From contig OX597817.1 of assembly GCA_951406725.2 (NCBI GenBank), positions 115,878,001 to 115,942,000 of the forward strand: DNA of 64,000 nucleotides. The letters are read 5' to 3'. Numbering within the stretch: the stretch's first letter is position 1; each line of letters begins with the position of its first letter. Both the position numbers and the translations under genes were made by a program. Below, piece after piece: positions 53,166-64,000 of the stretch. The DNA is from Octopus vulgaris (taxonomy: Eukaryota). The notes under the pieces are model-generated. The model made no database searches, had not been told where the DNA came from, and saw only the letters and a program-made list of their open reading frames with translations.

Positions 53166-54749
53166 TGACAACGATTAGCAGTCACGCTTAAGACGAAAAT
53201 AGTCATGATGTGCGTTCAATGATACAAATCTTAAACTTTTCGAAGATGGTGGAAGAATCACGAACATGGTGAAAAAGCCTCTACTGTGATAGAATATGCG
53301 TCGCTTAATATTCCTGTGTACATGCAAAATTAGTGTAACAACACGGTGCAATTTGAACGACCTTTGTCAGTCAATAAATAATGAAAAAAACAATGGCATT
53401 CTGCTCCTGAAATTAACGTGCAAGTGGATGAGCGTTCCAGAGATACGCGTGCCATTAAGGTAGCTATTAACGGGATTCAGCGTGGCTCAGACAAGGCTGT
53501 CTCTTTAAGTTACAGGTACAGCTGGATTTTGCAAGCTGAGTGAAGTGGAGCGACGTGAAATAATGTGACTTGTTCAAGGACACGACGCATCGCCGCTAAC
53601 AGAAATCATGATGTTACGTTCATGAGTCGAATCTCCTAACCAGCAAGCCACGCACTTTCACGTCATAGATACTTCTGCTCTCTTTTGCATTGCTTTCGGA
53701 TTAAACTTCGGGTACACACATACACACACACACACCCACACACACACACACAAACACACACACACATGCATGTACAAACATATAAATTATATACATATAT
53801 TATATTATATTGTATATCAGCGAAGTGAAATCCGTTCCACCTAAGGGTATACATAAGAGGTATTTCCTATTTGTAAAGCAAGAAATGTTGAAATACCTGA
53901 TTTGGATAGGGTTTACATGAATTGTATTTTTTCATTTTTTATTTAATAAAGAAACATCAAAAATAATATATTGTCTAGAAATATAATTTCATCCATTCAC
54001 TTTAGTAAGAAGGCAACAGTATGGTGTACATGAAATACATTTCAGAGTTTTAATAGCTTTAATTGCATATGATTCAAAAGCAGCACACAGCTTACTGTCT
54101 AGGCAATTTATTTTATTGATTTACAATAAATGCACCGGTTCTTTCTACTTCATTGCAATTTGCATCTAGAATAATTGGAACGGTCTTTATTGTAAGAAAG
54201 TTGCAGCTGTGTAACAGTTTATGTTCTTAAAGGAAGAAAAAGAATAGAAAATAAGAATAAAAAGTTTTTTCCATGAAAGCGTGGGAAAGAAGTATATTAA
54301 AAGGAATATTTTCAAAAATACGCTTGATCAAATGCCAAAAGTACGGTTGCAGTTTAGAAACGATGGAATTATTTGCGATAAATACAGAAACAGGAAACAA
54401 GAAATGCAATATATATTAAAATGCATTTATCTAAAATCTCAATAATTAAAAAAAAAATCGAAATATTCCAGTGATCGATTTTATAGCACCACTATGGATA
54501 CGGTAAAAGAAAGCAGGGAGCTAAATACTTGAAAGTGCATTTCATATCATTTCATTAGATCAAGATGGTGATGCTTGATTCCAATGGACGTTTAGTTGAA
54601 ACAATGATTCCATAAATTAAATAGGCCCTAGATTCGGTTGGACGGTTCTTTTCGCAAATAATCTCAGAATTAGTTTATTGAGAATTATGCACACAAACAT
54701 ATAGCGTGTAAAAATAACATGAAGCAAGAAGAATCTATCTACCTAAATG

Positions 54750-54818
<69 letters not shown>

Positions 54819-54979
54819 ATCTTTCTCTCTCTGTATGTGGTAAATAAATTGTCGTCTAAATTACACAAAAATAAAAATAACACGGGCATCTCATTTTCAA
54901 AGATACATTTACCATAATTACATAAAATATCTTCAAACTCTAAAGAGTAAATTTACTCAATAAAACCGCCATTGGCTTC

Positions 54980-55345
54980 AACCACAGCCTCCAGAAGATT
55001 CCGGAACTCCAGTAACTCATCTGGACTTCCCCCTTGCTTAAGTTGTTGAATGCTGTCAAAATCGTTGCTTTCAGTTAATCTATGGTGTTAAAAGGAGTGT
55101 TGTTGGTATGTCGCGCAACTGCGTCCAACGTATAATAAACAAGGTGATTACAGACTAGGAAGTCAGCTGGCCAGATTTTAGAGGTAATGTGGTCGCAAAA
55201 ATTGTCTGACAGCCAAGACTGGGTTCTCCTGCACTACACCTTCCAGGTACTTGATGTAGGCGTTCGTGTTGAGTCCGTGGCGGTGTGGGAAGATGAATGG
55301 GGCATAACGTCACCATCACGAGTGATCACTCCAAACACCAGAATG
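54980..55345 (-). pseudogene. Degraded maT/DD37D-like Tc1/mariner transposase C-terminus
   Basis: VFGVITRDGDVMP; LNTNAYIKYLEGV; RRTQSWLSDNFCDHITSKIWP; AVARHTNNTPFNT..LKATI. Confidence 0.7.
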
Positions 55346-55724
55346 TTGACTGGATGTTTGATTTCTGTTACACTCGGTATATGTCGTTAGATTGAACTGT
55401 TCTCCAACTGACAGTCAACCACTCACAAATGTTCGTATTGGAGCTCCCGACACGAATGCCAAGAAGTACAGCATATCAGTTACAAATGTCTGGCTGAGTG
55501 AATTGCGTCATGCTGTTGTTTTTCTCACAGACGGTGCCCAACTGACCCTACTACAGTTAGTAGTCGACAGAATAAAAATAAACAATGCGCATGCTCGAAA
55601 TGAAAAATATAAAATGGCGACAATTTACCTATCTCACCATATGTATGTACATATATATACATATATACAGACACATGCGCACATATATATATATTTAACA
55701 CACGCACACACCCATATATATAGG

Positions 55725-55895
55725 GTGAATTCACACACAAAAAACGAAAGCCAAAGACAGATGGTGTAGAAAACAAACATGTATTAGTTTAACGCTCGGG
55801 AAGTGAAAAGGTCTTTAACGTTTCGAACCTACGCTCTTCCAAAGAAAGAAACAGACAGAATCAAGGAGAGAAAAGAAAGAATGTTAGTGGCTAAA
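55725..55895 (-). repeat. Solo pLTR-like repeat with a degenerate hammerhead motif
   Basis: Homologous to 56843-57022. The minus strand reads GGAAGAgcgtaggttcGAAAcgTTaaag. Confidence 0.65.
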
Positions 55896-56755
55896 TATAT
55901 ATATATACACATATATATATATATATATGTATGTATATATATGTGTATACATATATATGTATGTATATATGTATGTATATATATAGGTGTGTACATATAT
56001 ATGTATGTATATATGTATATGTATATATATTTATATACATGTATGTATATATATATATGTATACATGTATATATTTATATACGTACATATATATGTATAT
56101 ATGTATGTAAATATATAAGAGTGAAAGAAAGCAAAACTTCCTTATGAAGTTTCAACATACTTCTGCCTGGTAGCAAATTCAAATTTACGTATATAAAAAA
56201 AGAGAGGGCGACAGAAACGATTATTTCTCTGCGTGTTGATAAATAGATGCATTAATGAAACATCTATAATTCACCTTGATACAAAAAAGCTCTCAGCGGG
56301 CGAGACGAACAGAATAATTTTACAAATTTGAATCTTCCGTCAGATAGAAGCCTGCTGAAAGGAAGTTTAGCTTTGTATCACTCTTATTTTGAAATAATTT
56401 TACATCTTGAAATTCGAATGGTTGTGGACGAATAAGGCAATATTTTAAAACTTTTTCATAATTCTCGTAAATATGGAGAGAATTTGATGAAAAAGGTCAT
56501 ACTTGACAAATTTAAATCAAATTATTTTTTTAAAAATCAATTTATTCAATTTGTAAGTTAAACACGATACTTTAGTGCACGATTACCTTACTGTTTTTTC
56601 AAAAAATTATTCTGCTCGTCTAGCTCGTGGACAGGTTTTATTCGTATGAACGTGAATCACAGATGTTTCATTAAAGCATCTATTTTTTCAACATGGAAGG
56701 ATATAGTCTTACCTATCTCCCTCTCTTTCATATATATATATACATACATACTTAC

Positions 56756-56839
<84 letters not shown>

Positions 56840-56842
56840 ATG

Positions 56843-57281
56843 TAGGGAGAATTCACAAAAAAAAACAATAGACAAAGACAGGTGGTGTAGATAACAAACA
56901 GATGTATTAATTTAATGCTCGTGAAGTGAAAAAGTCTTTAACGTTTCGAGCCTACACTGTTCCACAGAAAGGAACGCAGAAATAAACAAGGAGAGAAAAT
57001 AAAGAATGTGTAGTGGCTAGCGACAAAAATGTTTGGAAAGTACAAAAACGTTAAGGACTGCCACATTCTGTTGCATATAATGTTTACTATGTATATATTG
57101 ATGTATATATATATATATATATATATAGTTAATCCAAACAAGAAAGCACAGAAAACACAACAACGCGAGGACGAGGAACAAATATAGTATTATTGGACGC
57201 TCAGGAAAGACGGAAAAGAGGGTTTAACGTTTCGAGCGGAGCTCTTCGTCGGAAACATAAGAGAAGGAAAGATCCAGAGAA

Positions 57282-57282
<1 letters not shown>
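56843..57282 (-). repeat. Two related solo pLTR-like repeats with hammerhead-like motifs (56935-56972 and 57221-57257)
   Basis: Minus strand: gttt-CCGACGA-a-gagc(tcc)gctc-GAAA-cg-TT-aaac, and cttt-CTGTGGA-a..gctc-GAAA-cg-TT-aaag. Confidence 0.65.
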
Positions 57283-57327
<45 letters not shown>

Positions 57328-57328
57328 G

Positions 57329-57381
<53 letters not shown>

Positions 57382-57423
57382 ATATATATATATATACACA
57401 CACACACACATACACACATACAT

Positions 57424-57456
<33 letters not shown>

Positions 57457-57457
57457 G

Positions 57458-57483
<26 letters not shown>

Positions 57484-57491
<8 letters not shown>

Positions 57492-58040
57492 ATAATATTA
57501 ATTAGAGACAAAACCACTATTTTGCAAATCAAACAAGGAAAGACTTAATCAATACATAAAAAAAAAAATTTAATATAAAGTAAATAAATCGCCACTACAA
57601 TTGTTTCCTGTCTTCAAATGACATTCATCAGGTGGATTTCATATCTTCTATTCAATTTTAAAGTTATGTGTCTAAATATTCTTGAACATAACATGAGCAA
57701 TATATTATCAATAGTCCTACATTGAGAAGACACATCAAAAGTCGTAATTTCAGAAGTTTGTTGACTTCAATATTTTAAAGACTTCATAACTTTAAAATTG
57801 AATAGAAGATATGAAATCCACCTGATGAATGTCATTTGAAGACAGGAAACAATTGTAGTGGCGATTTATTTACTTTATATTAAAATTTTTTTTATGTATT
57901 GATTAAGTCTTTCCTTGTTTGATTTGCAAAATAGTGGTTTTGTCTCTAATTAATATTATATAATATTTTACTATTAAATTGGATTCAATCCTAAATCTGA
58001 TTTTTCCCTGTAAATTTGGATTATTCCCTAATATTTATTA

Positions 58041-58123
<83 letters not shown>

Positions 58124-58238
58124 GAGAAAATATTGAAGTCAACAAACTTCTGAAATTACGACTTTTGATGTGTCTTCTCAATGTAGGACTATTGATAATA
58201 TATTGCTCATGTTATGTTCAAGAATATTTAGACACATA
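57484..58238. repeat. Interlocked inverted repeats A-B-A'-C-B'
   Basis: A 57484-57668 pairs with A' 57785-57967. B 57665-57776 pairs with B' 58127-58238. The arms are near-identical. Confidence 0.9.
57818..57861 (+). ncRNA. Type I hammerhead ribozyme motif (inverted copy at ~57592-57635)
   Basis: ccac-CTGATGA-a-tgtc(atttgaa)gaca-g-GAAA-caattg-TA-gtgg. GUA cleavage triplet and palindromic stem III. Confidence 0.75.
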
Positions 58239-59629
58239 GTAACATTGAACAGTGTGATTGGGATCAGCAGAGAACACGTAAAAAGGGGAAACTAAAGATG
58301 GGACAGACACAGTATAAAAACTATTTCCATGTATCTAGATTTAAATTTATCATGATTGACACGTTTTAATTCATCGAGATTATTTGAATCGAAACAAAAT
58401 GGTAAAATGTGGTATTATATTATTAAAATGCTATTTATACGAACTACTTTTATTAGAAAAGAAATCGTTTGTAAAGGAATCTTAAATCTAGGGAAAATAA
58501 CACCTATTTCATATGATCATGCTTGGCACCATTTGAGTGCACTTAGGAGTTTTGCAGGAATATATTATCGGTAAATGGCTGCTAAAAATGGTAAAATTTC
58601 AGTTATGTTTAAGTATATATTGGGAAGATTTTATGGTAAGTTTGAATGATTAGAAGGTTTGACTATACATATTTTGGCACTATTATTTTTATATACGTTT
58701 TTGTTACTGGTGCGTCGGCAAATTCGTGTCTGCGCATCTAGAATGATAGTGGAATATATATATAGTGTTTCTAGGGAATTAATTCAAGTATTGGCTGCAA
58801 TATATAAAACCTAGTTCGCTCATACTGTATCAGTCTAAATAACATGTTTCGAAGCGTTGTTATACGAATTCTAACTTAATGTAGGTACATGCTTACGAAC
58901 ATTTAATTGCCATAGGAGCGCTACTTAGTTCATTTTGGGTAAAGCTCGCTGAATATTAGTGGGAGTAGTATATGAAAACATTTTATGAAATTACTGTTGA
59001 ATATTTTGTAGAACATTTGATAAGGTGCAGTATCTTTTAGCTCCCAATTATAGATTCGACTTTGTTTGATATGATGTCTTTTATTTTCCGTTTCTATTTC
59101 AGTTAGTTTGTGAGCTGCTGGATGTTTTACATGACATAACTTTTTCGTGTAATTTGTTTCGTCCATGTGCATCATTGCAATGCTGTGGATGTAAATAGTT
59201 TGGAAAAGTTATCGCAAGGTGCAAGGTTTTTTTTTCTGCATTGTTTCAAATATATTAAACGTTATTAGAGAAAACAAAAGCAAAAAATCTCTTTATAATG
59301 GAGCAGTCTATTGGATTTTCTGTAAGAAGAGAACTGCAAGCGGTCGACATTGAGTGTGCTATCGAAAAACGTGATGGTCATAAGGTTAGCCTAAAATGTA
59401 ATTTCAAACGTTTGATTCGGTGAATTTTGTTGTCTTAATCATTGTTAATTGACGTTTTTTCTTAGGGATGAATATTTAAGTCACTAATAAAGAATATAGG
59501 GAGATTTCGAATGAAGATGGTTTAGGATATATATTCCAAAATTTTTTTCTAATTAAAGTCGAATATTTCGAAGCAATAATCTCACGCGAAAGAGATACGA
59601 ACCAGAAACGGAGGTTCTACTCTGTGTTG

Positions 59630-60083
59630 CCCACGAGCAAGCACTAAAAACGAACTACATAAAGTACAGAGTAGACAGCGATAAGTGCAGAACCTGCGGA
59701 CAAAATGGAGAAACCGTATGGCATATTACCAGCCAATGTACGCCACTAGCCCAGAAGGGATATAAGAGGCACCACGACAATATAGCAGATATCGAGATAA
59801 AGCAGTTGTGATCGACGAAAAACGTAGTAGTAGTAGTACTAATAATTGTCAGAGCCCTGGGAACAGTGAGTAAAATTATCGAGAAGTACATGAAACAAAA
59901 AGAGGCTACAATATAGGTGGAGCACTTGCAAAAAACAGCACTGCTTGGAACCGCTCGTATACTGCGGAAGGTGCTCGAGAAAAATGATGTGTTAACTTAG
60001 TTCACTGATAGTGAACAACTGACACCGTAGTAAATCTCCAGCGTTTGAAGTTGTGTAAAGGCAATAATAATAATAATAATAAT

Positions 60084-60123
<40 letters not shown>
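59630..60123 (+). mobile_element. 3' end of an R4/Dong-like LINE, internally deleted, ending in (AAT)n
   Basis: KCRTCGQNGETVWHITSQC (CCHC knuckle), YKRHHDNIA, and LQKTALLGTARILRKVL. Confidence 0.85.
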
Positions 60124-60124
<1 letters not shown>

Positions 60125-60344
60125 GAAGAAGAAGAAGAAGAAGTGCAAAAGATTGTCTTAACTGGTATATCACACGTATTGAGAAGAGCATTGTCGATGT
60201 GAGAACTGTTGCTGCTCATGTATTTTGAACGAACTAGTGAGTTTGGTTTAATGGTCTACCAATGTATACTATGAGTTTCTTTGCCCTAGGAATCGGGAAG
60301 ACACTCGGCAAGAAATGGAAGCAAATTTGAAAGAAGAAAAAAAA

Positions 60345-60399
<55 letters not shown>

Positions 60400-60424
60400 T
60401 AATAACAATAATAATAATAATAAC

Positions 60425-60519
<95 letters not shown>

Positions 60520-60522
<3 letters not shown>

Positions 60523-60660
60523 CTTAGGAATGAGAACCTATGTTCGAAATTTCTCCAAGGCACCTGTTGAAAACTGGAGGGTATATCAGACGAAACGTTG
60601 TGTTAACAAGAAACAAGATGAGGACAAATATCCCTCAAATGTAAATAAAACAAATAATGT
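60520..60660 (+). repeat. Third copy of the Poseidon-type pLTR, with a mutated hammerhead core and no tRNA head
   Basis: ccttaggaatgagaacc..cacCTGTTGAaaactggagggtatatcagacGAAAcgTTgtgttaac. It follows a long (AAT)n tract. Confidence 0.8.
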
Positions 60661-62125
60661 TTTAAAAATATTGATTTTAGGGTACAAGATTTCTTTTAGA
60701 GTGCAAATTTGTCTCCCGAAATCATTTATCATAAAATTTAATTCATTGCTCTTCATCGGACGGAATTTCTCTTCAAAATTGTGTTCGAATTAGTTGTGTA
60801 GAATAGAAACTTTGGCTTAAATCCAAATTTTGGATTCTGTTTCGAGTTTTCGTTGCAGTCATCAAAGGCAACTGCTCCCCGTGTCATTTCTTTTATTTCA
60901 ATTTCAGTTTCAGTGAGAATGACGATAATTTTTGCAGAGGGTTTGAGTTGGTGTTCTTGATATTTTACGTAATATGAGTTATATTGCCTAAAATGTTTTA
61001 CGAAATCAACCATAGTGATAGCAAATTATTGTATACAAAAATGCAATCACTAACGAAGGTAAACACGAATTAACAATGAAAGTAGAATAACAGAGATATT
61101 TATTGTATGAGCAAAAATGGAGATCTACAATTTATATAATATTCAACACTAGAATCATTAGATTATAATGGGATATTTTTCCTGAAAGTTGCATGCGAAA
61201 TGTCTGTTAGAAGCTGGTGACAATAGCTTTGAGGGGGCGAAGGAAAAACAGCAGAACGTTCAGTAGAGTGGATTCGAGATGAAGTAGGAAGAGATGACAA
61301 TCTAAATATCAAGAATCATGAGGTGGAATTAATCGGTCAGTGAATGGTTATTTTGCTTTCGGTTGATCAAAACTGTGATGTAACTTTTATTTGCAAATAT
61401 TTGAAAAGGAAAATCTCTTACAGTGATTGCTATCACCTACAAGATATGATAATCTGCTTGAATTATCGGAGACTTGTAAATAAGTTATGAATATAAATAG
61501 ACTGTAAATCTAAATGCTATTCAAAGAGAGACAGGGAAGAGAGTGGTGGTGAAAATGTTAAAATTATGCTTGGAAACAGAAATGGGAAACATGTAAAGCC
61601 ATTGGAATTTGTTACAAATTACAGGAATACATATTGTTCTCCGTTTTACGTCATTGTTTACCTTTATTTCTGCAACGTACCACGAAAAGACTGAATTTGA
61701 AGTTAAACAGATTGATAAATAAGAAATAATACTGATATTTACCACACAGAAGTACAGACGCATTTAATCAAGTGCGCATTCATTGCATTTACCAATACGA
61801 ACACGTGTTAATTTTTTCTTCTCTCGTAAATATGTGTAACATTTTTCTAATTATTAGCGACCGCTTCTACCACCTTCCGTATCACTTTCTTCCAATCTTA
61901 AATATTTCCCAACTGACATTACATATCATATGCTTTATCAATAATTTCTAATTACAATCTGCTCATTGAATACATGAAACTGTAAGAAATGCAATCGCAA
62001 ACATCTCAGATGTAAAGGTTATGTATCTTTACTTAAGTTTGGTATTGAGTTTATTGTTATCCTTGTTGCTTGTACATTGATACCATAACGTTATAAGTAC
62101 CTGATCGGTCCCTCTCTATATATAT

Positions 62126-62181
<56 letters not shown>

Positions 62182-62759
62182 ACATATATATGTGTGTGCA
62201 TATGTGTGTCAGCGAGTGTGTTTCAAAACCATAACAATGCGAGCTCTAAAAATTATACTTTATAGTATATTTCAATATTTGCGGATTAAGGCCGCTGCTT
62301 TTTCAGGGAATAGAAATTTAAAAAAAATGGTGTTGCGAACTAGCTTTTGTGCTCTGAATTGTGTGTATATGGAGGGGACTTGCGCAGTATAGTAGTGTTA
62401 CATTAGCTAATCTACAGTGTGTAGGTCAGTTCTGTTGTTATAAAAATAGCTTGCTTTTTAGCAAATAATGATGGATGCGTTTCATTTCAGGCTCCGATCG
62501 GTGGTGTCAGTCTAGACTTGGGTGTCTTAGGTGTGGTAATTCTGTAACTTCATTTTTAAAGAGGTATTCTTTACTCTGGATGTGCAATTCTCTAATAAAT
62601 ATTTCTAATATAAAATTCATTTCATATACACCGTGTGATTTATATACACGATATTTCGGAAAAAATGGGAGATATGATGCTGTGAACTAGATTTTCTGCC
62701 TGCTCATTAGTTTGTGTATATGGAGGATGGGCGCCCTTTAGTTGTGTACAGAACGGCTA

Positions 62760-62965
62760 TGATGTTGATAGGGATTTAGCCTTGTTAATGAGGATTGCTT
62801 CTTTTATTCTTAGATTTCTAATGTTCCATTCTGTGGCTTCAGTGGACACCTGGATGTCTTGGCTGTGGTATTTTTGTAGGCAATTTTTAACGGAGGACAT
62901 ATCAACGTAGTAAAGTCCTTTAATGTGGATGTGCACTCGTCTAATAAGTGCATGTGTATGTGGGA
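62760..62965 (-). pseudogene. Degraded PLE GIY-YIG C-terminus
   Basis: LIRRVHIH..SSVKNCL..NLRIKEAILINK. Confidence 0.5.
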
Positions 62966-63439
62966 GCATAATTGTATTTTCAAACGCTTTTGTATATCTG
63001 TAAAGGTACATGCTTTTATTTACGTATATAAAAGTATGTTGGTATGTGTAAGTAAATAAAGCGATATATACGTATATATACGTATATAGCTTTTTATCAG
63101 TGTTTGTTTATGGGTGGTTAAGTTTTTACAGCTATTGCATGCTAAACAAAATCTAGGTTTTTTCATCTACTAATAAGCCCTGAATAAATTATCATAGCTG
63201 TTTGTTGCTTTGGTATCATGTGATTATATTTTGCGCCTAAAGGGAAAGCTGACACGGTTGGGTGAACATGCTTAGTTAAAACCAAGGCACTCCAAATTTA
63301 ATCTGTCTGGTGGGAGATTGGACAGAAGTATTTGTATGTAGTCCAGTGGCTAAAGGTTGTTAGCTGTGTAGGTTCTTCATTTTAATGCCAGAATGAGTTT
63401 TGTTTTTGAATAGTTATTTGTGTATGTACTGTGTTAAAG

Positions 63440-63700
63440 TTTGTTAAGTCTTGATTTGTACTTCTGCATGAAGGTAATTTCTTTGTTTATCCGTGCTTCA
63501 TCTGTGGTATTCGCTGAACATAGGTAGAGTGGGAAGACCTGGAATTTGGGAGATTTATTTTTTGCCCATATGTCTGTGTCCGGTCAGAGGAATATGTCTA
63601 GTACTTGGTTTTCGTATTTGTTGACGGTAAAAATCTGTCCTGATTTGAATTTGTATGTTGTGTTTTCAATAAGGCTGGTACCAGTCCCGCAGCTTAGAAG
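63440..63700 (-). pseudogene. Degraded Neptune-type GIY-YIG relic related to 6077-7018
   Basis: FKSGQIFTVN and PKFQVFPLYLCSANTTDEARINKEITFMQKYKSRLN align to GHQFTIR and PKFTTNPLYKFSDNATFTQRQNKELYFIKKFRPSLN. Confidence 0.7.
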
Positions 63701-64000
63701 TTGTGTGATGTGTTATAGTTTAAAGACTGAATTTCTTGTCTTCCTTAAATATCCTGACAATAACTTTCGCTTTAGCTTCTTTCACTATCTTTATTTTACT
63801 AATAAAATAAAAATAACTTCTTTTCTTTACTGGTCTCTATAGAATGTTCTCTTAAATTTACACACATTTCTGCAAAAATGTGTAAATTTTAGTTTGGTAT
63901 ATACCTGGATTAACTTTCTCTTGTCTCCTGAAATATGATAATGTAATCGTCTGCGCAATGAATATCGCACAATATATTATTATTTGCAAGTGAAAAAGGT

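Overview
This is AT-rich, microsatellite-laden eukaryotic DNA with no recognisable host exon. The SINE and microsatellite content looks like an octopus genome, which is an inference only. The window is a transposon graveyard dominated by Penelope-like elements (PLEs) of several clades: Neptune-type, Penelope/Poseidon-type, Naiad-type and one unassigned RT. It also holds R4/Dong and RTE LINE relics, a near-complete IR-DR Tc1, mariner and maT relics, and two tRNA-SINE families. Most ORFs in the track are microsatellite artefacts. Five observations stand out. (1) A Neptune-type PLE has a coiled-coil/low-complexity ORF1 that could join the RT ORF by a -1 shift at an in-frame U_UUU_UUA slippery site. 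(2) The same element carries a CCAAT+CRE array promoter, a TATA box, a Kozak ATG and a splice donor in its 3' repeat. (3) A Poseidon-type PLE has a pLTR carrying a tRNA-like Pol III promoter plus a hammerhead ribozyme, and a non-autonomous copy starts at the tRNA 5' end, which suggests a PLE-driven SINE. (4) Several minimal hammerhead motifs occur, including compensatory U3:A8 and G3:C8 core variants. (5) An interlocked inverted duplication joins a pLTR to flanking DNA. All calls were made by eye and boundaries are approximate.
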